DNA of 64,000 nucleotides from Chara braunii (taxonomy: Eukaryota; Plantae; Charophyceae), in contig BFEA01000017.1 in NCBI GenBank assembly GCA_003427395.1, positions 1,829,791-1,893,790 of the forward strand, given 5' to 3'. The position numbers were made by a program, and so were the translations under genes. The first letter of the stretch is position 1. The number at the start of each line of letters is the position of its first letter. This document shows positions 14,201 through 26,100 of this stretch, piece by piece. Under the pieces are notes generated by a model. The model was not told the origin of the DNA and did not search any database. It saw only the letters and a list, made by a program, of their open reading frames with translations.

Positions 14201-17200
14201 NNNNNNNNNNNTCTGTTTCCTGTGGAGTTCGAACTCAGGTCTGTACTTCAACAGTTCAGTTGAGGGGTGTACCAACTGAGCCAGGCCAGTTGGTGGTCCA
14301 ATGCATACTATGCCGTCGGCATTTGAATTTTGAACGTCCCTGCCTGTCAAAAGTGTGTTCAGCTGTTTTTATTTTCCGACCTGGTCGTGCTGCATGTGTG
14401 CTCAAGTCCCTGGACTGGTTTGCAACATGGTCTGTCAACTGCCGACTCAATGGGCAGCTCATGCCACAAGCCATGTTCTGAACTTAGAAAAAAAAAAAAA
14501 AAAAAAACCCTTTGCTTTCGTTTTTCAAGGGTGGTCCTGGAGAATGTTCTCAGATTAGCTTAGTTAGAACTTACTACTAATAATAATAATAATAAGAATA
14601 AGAATAAGAATAAGAATAATCTCTGTAGCATCGTGTTCGTGTTCGGTTACCGAGCCCGAAAGAGCGTCAAAACCCTCCAAAAGCAAACACACACACACAA
14701 AAAAAAATAAAAAAAAATTCTCAGAACAATCTGAAAAAATATATATGTTATGTAGAATGATAATACAAACAACTTTTGCCTGGGAGCCATGTCCACATTC
14801 GTAACAAAACTCGAGTAAAAAATCAAAGACCAAAAAAAAAAAACCATTGAAGAAAAATGTTCGACCGAACACGTTCAGGAGACGTTCGGCCGAACACCGG
14901 AACATGTTCGGACGTTCGGAAAAGCCCTGAACATGTTCGGTGTGCTACACAGATAATAATATAATATAATAATAAATAATTATCTCAACTTCGCAGTATA
15001 GCTATCAGTTCCTGACCCGTTGGTTGTGGTTCTTTCCTTCTTTCTTTCTTTTCTCTTTTTTTCCCCCTTTTTCTCCATTTTTTAATTTATGCATGTCATC
15101 CTTGTGCAGGGGCGATGCTAATCTTCACTTTCTATATTGTTTCAATTTTAACGTATGAAATACTATGAACAAAGGACGGTTGTGCTTCGTTCTTCGTCAG
15201 AGTTTCTCCGAGTGTTTTTTGGTCGATGTTTTCAGTTGTTTATTGTGATCGGTCATTGACTGTAGCCCTCTTTTTCAAGAGTGTGTTCCTTGCGTATGTT
15301 CTGACTGTATTCACACTAGCAGTTTTTCAACTTATCTGTACATCGAATTGCGGCTAGGTGCTTTCAGGCGTTTAGCTGTGAAGCGGTCACACTCATCCAG
15401 GAAAGCCCTTGCGTGAGTATGGCCTCACTGCGGGGCTACTGCTGTCTTCCCCCGAACACAAGGCACCCTCATGTTGGCTGTACCTGACCCGAAGTATAGC
15501 TTGTATGACTATTACATTCATTATCAGGGTGCGTTATGTTTGGAGGAAGACAGTAGTTTCTCACCTCTGTGGTTGCATTTCTTCCTTGTTCAGAGTTCAC
15601 TGACGTTCTTCTCTTTTTTTTTTTTTTAATTCCTTTTGTCTCTAACATTATTTTATCGTTATTGTGTGCATGACCAGGGTTGTGGTGATTCATGCAGTTG
15701 CATGTCTGACAGCACTTATTTCTGCTTGCGGACCGCAGGCTCTGCCTCATCTGCCTCATCTTGTCGGTGGGCTTTTCAAGGTAAGTTCAATCGGACGAAA
15801 GAGTCACGTCGGATATAATGATGGAAACCGGTGGGTTTACCTTTGACTACCGTCTTCGTGGGAATAGAAATCTCGGTTATTCACCTTTGATCACCGTCTT
15901 CCCAATCCGTTGATGTTCCAGCTGTGGATCGTCAACCCCTTTGATTGCCAGTCTGTTCTGAATGTCTCAGTCAGTGTATCATTACTGTCCATTGACTTAT
16001 GGTGTTCTGGTCAATACTACTTTTCGCAGTCGATGTTATGTTGTTTTTTAAACTTTTTTCAGGACTTCAATCTCTGCTTGTCTGTGTCGACTATGGTCGT
16101 CGGCGTCGATCTTGGATTGCATGTATGAATCTCACCCCCCTCTGGTCCCTTCCTGGTTGTTCTTTTGTGCGCCCTTTTCGTTCCTATTCTCTTCAGAAAA
16201 CCTGTTCTCTTGCTTGCCTTTGCTAAGCAACTGGACTGCAGCCCCCCCCAGGGTAGATGGGACAGGATTTTGGGGGGGGGGAAAGAAAAGAAAGAAAGAT
16301 AGGAACTACTTTCTGAATTAGACACTCGTTGTGAACGTTAGTGTAAGCCGTGCATTATGAAGAGGGCACGACTGCGCACCCTGTCTGTGCCCACCCTACT
16401 GCCTCACCTCTTGCATTATCAGAATTGTGTAAGCGACCAGTCAAAAAACAAGTGTTATTGTTTCCTGTTGATCTTCAGGGTCTGGCCAGAGCGAGCAGAT
16501 GCTCAGGAAACCACAAAGAAGTACGGCTGCTCGCCCTAATCTGTGGCGCGTTAACCGCTGCGGTTTGGAAAAAATATACGGGCCTGCCTGCGCCCAGTTA
16601 AATTCATGTATGAAACGGTGGCGGTCAATGCACTGTGCCCTGTTCTTGGACTGCAGGTTTAAACCACCAGTACCCCAGGGGGTCTTAGGTCCCCTCTGGG
16701 AAGGCTCTGATGCAAATGCATATGGACCCGCGTGGCGCACACCTATTCAGCCTCCGCGTTAACGGCCTAAGAACATGGAGGTACTGGTGGTTTAAGTGAA
16801 GGGACATTGAACTGAAATCCTGAACAAACTGGTATCAATGTGTGCAAATCTGCTTTTGAGCAATGGACTACAAAATCCAGTGTTTTTAATCACAGCACAG
16901 GGCCCCTTTCATGTCTATCCACCCCCTACCGCCTTCACCCGAATAGAATGCTCGGTCATTGTAACTGTATTTGCGGCAACTTTCAGACCAGATGCAGCGA
17001 TAATGACAGTAGTCTTGAGTTTAACTGTTGAAGTTTGTGATCTTCACCGAGTAAAGTGACAAGGTGAAATCACAGAGAAGAGCAGAATTGTGCAGAGGAT
17101 TGAGGCCACCTTCCACTACCAGCATCATACAATACCTGCCATCCCCCTCTTGCCCCATCCTCCTTTCCCCCTCCATTCCACCTGCCTCCACAGCATGAGC

Positions 17201-19193
17201 CCTCTGTCACAGTTGCCATACAATACCCTCTCCTCCTCCTCCTCCCCTCTCCTCCTTCTCCTCCCCCATTCTACCTGATTTGTCTTCATGAGGTCGTTTC
17301 CACTCTTACCATTCAATGCTCTTCCTTACACCCGTGTTCTTTCCTCCTCCTCCTCCTCCTCCTCCCCTTACTCCTTCCTGATTCGACCTGACTCTGCATC
17401 ATGATTTTTCTTCCACTATTATCACACAGAGCCCTCCCCTTCCCCCAATTCCTCCCCTCCTCCTGCTGCTCTTTCTTCTTATCCTCTTCCTCCTTATGCA
17501 CTCCTTGAAAATTTGTACGCCCTGTATTCGGTACTGGTCGCCATTTCTCCACAATCATCAGGCCAAGCCCTGTCATGAGGCAGAATGGAGCTCAACAAGG
17601 CCGAAATTTGAACTTTGTCGTGGGTGGATGCTGATGTTTATAGTGTATGATGTTGTTATGTAACAGGTTGGGAAGAGAGCGGCAAACACGATCAACACAC
17701 AAGCAGCAGCAAAGGAAGAAGAAGAAAACAAGAAGGTGACTGGTCAAGAAAAGGAGTGTGCTTCTAAGGTTGACCTATTGCTGAACGTTGTTTCTGCTCT
17801 CGAGGGCATTCTCCATGCGATGGCTGCATACTTCAGCCCGTATGTCTCTGAGCTCCTGGACCTGGTCCTCTTGCAGGTACGTACGTGGACAATGACCGAC
17901 ACACATTTACAGCAGAGCCTGCTATCATTGACTTCAGAGAGCTGGTCGTAGTTTGTGTTACATTGCCGCTTTCCCTATATGTCAGAGAGAGGGGCAGCCT
18001 TGGTAACAATCTGATCTTAGTTTTTTTTTCCTATGTTGGAGACAGTTCAGTCCTGAGAGGGGGGGGAGTTTACGCACCGGTATGTCAATTGGTTGTAGGC
18101 ACATGGCGTGCATTTGGAGTTCGAAAGTTCGGTCTAAGAGGTGTCGAGTTTATGCACCTGCCTGTCAATTGTTTGTAGGCATATGGCTTGGCATGCATTT
18201 GGAGTTTGTCGTTGGGTTGAGGTAGCATATATATACATGAAATGCCCATATACATTCAACATGGTACGTGGGATTTCTAGGCACCCGACTGGGTATCGTG
18301 GATGTCGGTTCGATGTTTGGTATGTTGGATGTCGCTCCGATGCTTGGTACGTCGGATGCCGCTTGGGGGGTAGTCTTGCACACCCCTGCACACTACGTGT
18401 GCACACGGGTAGCCTGCGGTGTGTGCGTATCACCCATCTGGGCACTTTGCACAGTATGCGGGACCGCACGGTGCACCGCAAGCGTCATATACGTCCAGCT
18501 TGGTGCTATGTCGGTTATATGCTTGTTAAATGCTTGTTAACGCTGGTCAAATGCTGGTTATATGCTTGTTAAATGCTGGTTAAATGCTTGGAAAGAGGGG
18601 GGGGGGGGGAATTGAAAGGAAAGGATAACGGACAATAGGATACTCATGGATAGTCCAACATTGTGGAGCTTTTAAACGACCAGTACTTGGCCCAGCTATC
18701 GGCCGCGGAAAACAAAAGAGTAGAAACTTTTGTAGTCGGATGAATCTGGGCGCTCCTGTAGTAGCCCGTACGTTTCCTAAAATAGTGGCGCGTTAACGGG
18801 CACGACTCTAGGAAGTACTGGTGGTTAAAAAAAACCCACTTTTGTATTTTTGGGATTTCTTGCAGCCCTGTTTTTTTTTTTTTTTTTTTTTTTTTTTGAG
18901 CCTACTGCTGCTCTAGTGCACCGTGATCCAGTTAGTAAGTACTTCCTAAGTTCCCATCTCTTCGAAATGCTGCGTGGACTAGCCTTGCACACACCCTTCA
19001 ACAAGATCTTCTCCATCCTTGCCTGGGCCCCTTCCTGCTCACCCTCTTGCGGCAAAGTCTTCCATCTTCCTCAGGGTACAAGAAGACAGCTCTCAGAAAG
19101 CTGTGTCAAAAATGCGGAAGGCAGTGAAGGGCTGTACACAACAGTACTTTGTGGGAAATATTAGTGTGTGTTTGTGCTCTGCTCTGCTCTGCT

Positions 19194-19257
<64 letters not shown>

Positions 19258-19650
19258 NNNNNNNNNNNNNNNNNNNNNNNNNNNNNNGTGTGTGTGCGCC
19301 TGGTGTTGCTCAGCCTGGTGTAACTGCGTGCAAGACAGGAGGATTGGACTCAAAAGCAGAAGCAGTTCGTACACTGGCTGCGGAGAAAATACCGGTAAGT
19401 TATACCGACCTATTTATCCGCTGAAAGTTTTAACTTTGAACTTTGAAGGTAAAAATTTGTTCTTAGTAATTCTTAGTCTTCAAACTCGTTGAATTTTTTT
19501 ATCTCTGTTTTTCATTACTATTTCAACTTCCAAGTTATTTGTCACTTATCCAGCAGTTTTTCACATCTTTCAGTCTATAGATGCAACGTGAATGACCGAC
19601 CGTTGCCATGTATGTATGTATGTATGTATGTATGTATGTATGTATGTATG

Positions 19651-19682
<32 letters not shown>

Positions 19683-20052
19683 TGTATGTATGTATGTACG
19701 GATGATACTGCTGATTTCAGCGGGTCTAATACCAATATTACTCACCATTTATATTTTTTACTTTATGTACATGTATTTTATTTATAAAAGTTTCTTATGA
19801 TTTTTCAAAATCTACTATAGTGAATTTGAATTACTTGTAGATTAGTTGAAACTTGAAAATTGTTAAAAAATAAGTCAATTTTATAATCGATCATTTCTAC
19901 TTGCAATTGAGAAGTCAGTCTATTATTTAAAATGATTAGTGTCTTTTGAAATGCTAGTCCGCAAACTTCTCGACGTACTTCTTCGAGTACACGTTGTTCT
20001 TCCAGATGAATAGCTATGTTTTTTTATTCTTCTAAATTTGTATGTATGTATG

Positions 20053-20083
<31 letters not shown>

Positions 20084-22870
20084 TGTATGTATGTATGTAT
20101 GTAAGCAAACAGACATGTGGTGCAATCACCCACATTCTCAGTTCATGAGATCAATTTATTCTGTGTACTGTTTTGCTCTTTTTATCGCCGATTTGGTTGT
20201 GAACAGCCTCGGTTCGCTCCCGACCCTCTGTCCAACGCCTATGAGGCAGTGCACGAGATCTTTGCTTAGGGGCATTGTGAAGGGTGCTGTTAAGGATGAC
20301 TATGGTTTAGATCTGCAGAAGAAGTTTATTGCTAAGGTCCAATATGTTGATTGCTAAGGTCCAATATGATGATCGTGTTAGTCTGTGTGGTGTACGTAGA
20401 TTGCTACATGCGTGTAGTAGTTGTTATGAAGTGCGAAGTGCGTCGGAATCTGATATTTTGCAGACGATGAAGACCGAGTATCAGTTTTTGAGTCTGAATC
20501 AATTGGGAAGGTGGGTTGAGATAGGCACAGTGGGGAGAGGGTATGCCATACCCAAACACAAGGATTTGGAAGGAGTTCGTCCTATTAGTCCTACCGACTC
20601 CTATGTTTAGTGAGCCTGGTGCAACTGGAGGCAGGAAAGTGTCGAAAGCTCTCAAGGGCCTGTTAAAATCTTTGCCAGGGAGTTTGCACTTTAATTTGAA
20701 ATGCGTTGGCGATCTCATGACCAACTAGCTAAGATAAACAAGTCTGCTGGGAAGCAAGGACGGAATGTGGAGGTGACGGGCGCTTCATATGACATTAAGG
20801 ATGTGTTCTCCCGTCTCTCCCGCACTTCGATTTTGCAGGCACTGGACTGGTTACTCAATTGGCATGCGAAGAAGGGTAGATGGACAATGTGGGTTAATCC
20901 TAGAGGACGAGTGCCAGACTGCGGCAACAGCCTGTCGGGAAGAGCACAGTAGCTCACAGAGTCCAAAACACATGCACACTTAGAATCGAAAGAACACAAC
21001 TTTGTATAAGGGAGACAGGGATTTGGGTCGGAAGGGAGATGTCATTTCAGGAGATCCGTCACTTTGTGAGTTTTTAGCCTCCGGTTTACTTATACGGAAG
21101 CATCTGGAATCTTGCTCAACCATATCTTTGGGTATTCCAATGGGCAGCAGCATGAGCTCCCCTTTGGCGTGCATCATGTGCGCCCATTCGGAGTGGCGCT
21201 TTCTGGAATCTCAGGGACATTGACACAATTTGGTACATGGGGTTCGTTTGATGGATGATGTCTCACTTTTGTATTTTGCAAGAAAGGAGATGGCACCTCG
21301 TATCTCAAGGCCACCAGGATCAGGCGGAAATTCGAACGTAGCTACCCCCGGACCCTGTCCCTGAAAAGGACTGATGACGGGACCGGGGGTTTGGAATTCT
21401 TGGGTTGCGCCTTGGAAATACGGGATCAGGAGCCATTTGTGGGTTGTTTTGAGAGGGTTAAGAATGAAGATGAGCTGAAACGAGGTCGGGAACTGGTTAT
21501 CAGAGCAGGCCAGGACTTTGTCTCTTGGTCTGATCAAAACCAAAAGGCAGCGGCTATTTGGGGCTGGCTAAATCACACTGACAGGACCTCGTCTATTCAG
21601 GAATAGATACCAGGCGAAGTGATGCTCCTTAAAATAGCCTATCAGAGGAAAGGGTACCCTGTCGAACTTTTCCTGAGGGTTCTGAAAAGAAAATTGAAAA
21701 AGAAGGGCCCGATCTGGAATCTGACCGCCCGTCTACTGCGACTATTTGCCATATGAAGGTTTGAGCATTTTGGATTTTGACTACCGTCTTTACCCGAATA
21801 GAACGCCCAGCCATAGTAGCTGTATTTAGGGCAACTTCAAGTGTAGATACAGTGATAGTTTATGGTCCTCTCACTTGGGTGAAGACGGTAGTGGTAGTAG
21901 TTATTAATAGTTCTCAGCTGTAGTTTACAGTCCTCTCACTTGGCAGACTTGCCTGATAGTCGTCTCCAACTGACATCGCCCGCTGGTGACGACTACCGCC
22001 ATGCTTTGTCGGCAAGATCGGTGGTTTGTTGAGGTTGTCAGTGCGAAGGTGGGGCGATGGGATGCAACGTGTATGATGCTACTTTTTCCTATTGGAAATC
22101 CCGCTTTGCGCGTTCTGCTCGTTTGAGTGGCCTTGTGCGTGCTACTTTGTGTGATTGTGCACCCTGTTTTTGCCCCAATGCCTATGAGAAAGCGACTGAT
22201 GAAATTCTACGATTTTTTTCATTTTTTTTTTCAACCTATTTGTCACCAGCAGTTTGTTTTTTTGTGCTACCTAAGTGGTTGCCATGTATGTATGACATTG
22301 TATGTAATATCATAATATCTTATTAATATGTGCCCTATACAATGTTTTAAAAATTTAAAAATAGAGGTGTCAGCTATCATAATATGTGCCTATACAAACA
22401 GAGGTGTGAGCGATCATAAGCATTGTGACTTGCCGTTCTTTATTGATTTCTGGGTACTGCGTTGTTCTTTTTTTCACCGGTTGTGAACAGCCTCGGCTCA
22501 TTCTGGACCCTCTGTGCAATGCCTATGAGAAAGCAACTGCTTCAGGGGAGGTAAGCTGCTCCTGGTCCTGGTTCTGCTACTGCTGATCCTGCTCCTGCTC
22601 CTGATCCTGTCACAAAATTTGAATTAAGTGCTCTACTGACACTTGCTCTGGTATCTTGTCGTGGTTTTGATCAGGGCGTATCTGGTTTCTGTGTGAAGTC
22701 ATTCATATCCTGAATACAGGCATAACACTGCTCACGAAAGGAGACAAATGTCGAGTGCATCTTTACACAGAAGGTGGCAAGATGCATCTGTTGTTATTCG
22801 TAGTAGCCGACGTATTGTGCCATCTTCTGTGTGAAGATGCATTCGCCATTTTTGTTTTTGAAAGCCTGCC

Positions 22871-22937
<67 letters not shown>

Positions 22938-23032
22938 NNNNNNNNNNNNNNNNNNNNNNNNNNNNNNNNNNNNNNNNNNNNNNNNNNNNNNNNNNNNNNN
23001 NNNNNNNNNNNNNNNNNNNNNNNNNNNNNNNN

Positions 23033-23126
<94 letters not shown>

Positions 23127-26100
23127 TATGGACGCCTGTCTGCGCTCTGTGCGGCTTGTTGTGAATTGTGCCTTGTCCTCGATCGGGTTGCTGTTGGATG
23201 TTGTGAAGACGGCTTACTTGGATGGATTATGTATCAAGCCGATCGTGGGCCATGCCCCTGCTGTGTACCGCAATCCGTAGGGCACTCCTCCGTCGACTCT
23301 ATACTGGGTTACCTATCTCCTCAGGGCATATACTCTCGCGTGGACTTTTCTGGTTATTTATGGATGCAATTGTTGTCAGATTCATCCAGGTCTGGTCGTG
23401 ATTGCAGTCGTATACATTTAAGATAGTGCTAGTGTGAGTATGCTCTCATATGTTTTAGTGATTATCTACACTACCGTCTTGACCCGAATAGAACGCCCGG
23501 TCGTTATAGCTGTATTTGGTGCAACTTTCAGTCTTGATACAGCGGTAATGACTGGGCATTCTATTCGGGTGATGGCAGTGTTCTATAGCATATCTTTTCC
23601 TCGTTGTATCCGTGATGCCATTTTTTTTTTTGTTGCCCTCATAAAATGTCATGTTTTCTCTTTTTTTTTGTTTCACAGAGGGCTGTTGGAGCGTTGTTCG
23701 AGATGGTTCGAATCGTAGCAAGCCAATTTGACCGAGCCGCAGTGGCTGCATACAATGGAAAGCTGTTTGATTTTTTTCTTCGCGCGTTTGACATGCGCCG
23801 TAAGAGACCGCCTTCGTTCTCCGATCCTTCTTTGTTCGAAGGTGTTGAACGGGCCATGATGTCTGCGTTTGCTTCCCTGGTGATGAAGGCAAGTTCTTTT
23901 ACCCTTTTTTTTCCCTTTTTTTTTCTTTTCAAGTTATTTACCCTCAACTCTTTTTTTCCCTCATTTTTCTTTTAAAAGATGTTGCTTTCAGTCATCGGTT
24001 CTGAATTCAGGAAAGACTTTCTCTCTTAGGAATGCTTCCTTTCCTTCATCGCCGTCATCATTGTTGTCCACCTCCTCCTCCTCCTCCTCCTCGTCCTGCT
24101 GTCATTGTAACACTGCTACTACCTTTAAACCACCAGTACGCCCGGCCCTGGAGGCGCCGCGCTTCTTTTCTTTTCCGAACCACGAGCTGAGCCTTCTTTT
24201 TTTTTTCAGCTGCTGCCATGCCAGCCATTGTCCCGAGCTGCTAAACTTTCGGAGTGTTGACGATGAATGCATTTCTAGTAGGCTGGGGCGGTGTATACTG
24301 CTTGTACTTGTGGCTGAGCTTGTCCTGCCCTCTTGGCTGCAGCACAGCTCGTTATGTTGGGGGAGTATATCGGTTGTTCCGTCAGCCACTACTTTGTCAA
24401 TTACAGGTGCAGAGGTGAGGCAACTTCAGAACAACAACCTTAGGGGTAGAGCGCAGTGCTTTTGGGACTCGCCGCACCACTCGCCAGACGCCAACACTTC
24501 GCATGTATCGGATCTGGACTCGCAACTGCCCCCACTACATTCGAAATGCTGGCGTTTGGCGAGTGGTGCGGCGAGCCCCTAAGGCTTGAGTGAATATCCA
24601 ACCCATGAAACTCCATGTTATCCCTCAGCCCAAGACTTCATTCTTTTCAGATGTCCTCCTCTGCTGCCGCTGCACTTCCGTTTTTTTTTCCTATCGGCAG
24701 ACATAAACAGGTCATCTTTCTGAGTTTCCTAGATGCAACTGATAGGAACTGAGTCGGTGAAACTCCNACGAAACAGTTTGTCACAGCCCCTCGTTTGTTG
24801 TCCACTTCTCCCTCCCTCTCTGCCTACGCTTTACCGTCGGCAGCTCTGTTTGACTATATATATTGTCACATATGGCACACAGGGATCCGGCGGGTAGCTT
24901 GTGCGCAACTACGCATTTTGTTAACGTGATTGAAAATGTCACGTCAACGTGGCAAGCCGTGTATAGGAGAGGCCCCAGTCAAGGGGGGAGGGGAAAAGAA
25001 GAGTGATAGAATGAATGGTTGCAGCTCGCTCTTCATAGTTGCCTTGTGTTATATTCTTGTTTGTTTCCCAAAGTGCGCTCTTTTACTTCATACACTGAAA
25101 CTAGCCTACCAGGGTGGCCTGGGGCAACGATGCCTGGCCGGGGAAAAAAAATAAAAAAAAATGGTAAAGAATTTCGACGTGGCCTTGAGGCAAACGTGCA
25201 TCTCATAGTATTCTTTTCAGATCTTTTGGGATATTTTTTTTTCAGTTTTTTTTTTTTTTTTTAATAATGCTGGGCCCTTCTGCAAGGAAAGTGAGCAATA
25301 GCGAGAGGACAATGTCCAGAATGCACAATCACATTGAAGGCCAGATAGTATCACAGTGTCCAGATAGCAGAAATGCCCCAATACAACACCAATGAAGAAT
25401 CGTAACACTGAAAACCAATGTCAATGAGAGCTTGCTCTCCCCACCACCAACACGAGTGTCCAGGCCCTATCTCCCTACTTGGCGCTCGGCGCCCAACCTA
25501 CTTCCTACACAGCTACCATCTGCCTACTAATTGACAATACAACTGTTGACGTCAGCAGCCTACGAAGTACTTGAAGATGTCGCCCAATGCAGACCATCGC
25601 CAATACCAGGTATGTGCCCTCACATCATCATCATCATCATCCTTCTCTCTCCCCTGACTTGCTCCCACGTCTTCCCTCTGTACACCCGAAGACCACCCCT
25701 GCGCCTCACTGTAGTCCAAGCCCATCAAGCTATGGAGGCTGGGCTACGGCGCTGCCCTCAGCAGCGCCCTGCTTCCTGCACGATCGCACGCGCTAGCACC
25801 TTGCTTCTCAGCGCCAGCAGCAGCCTACGAGTGTCCGCTCCAGCAGCGCTGCCGCCAGCATGCAAGTGCTGAATGAGGCACCAGGTAGCGAGCTCTTTCC
25901 TATATGGAAAGAGCCTTCGCAGCGAGCTCTTTCCTATATGGAAAGAGCCTTCGCAGCCTGGCTCGCCTGGGCCTGGGCCCAGAAGCTTCCGGTAGGCCCC
26001 AGGATGCTGCGGCTCTGTTGCAGCTACTGGGCCTCATTCGGTTGGGCCTCCCAACTGTCTGTGTATGAGCCTGCGATTCTCGTCCAGGGCCTGCATCATT

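Noticed and set aside
13790-14481. Long ORFs spanning N runs (also 22755-23426, 53787-54393)
   Set aside because: Their length comes from gaps and microsatellites.
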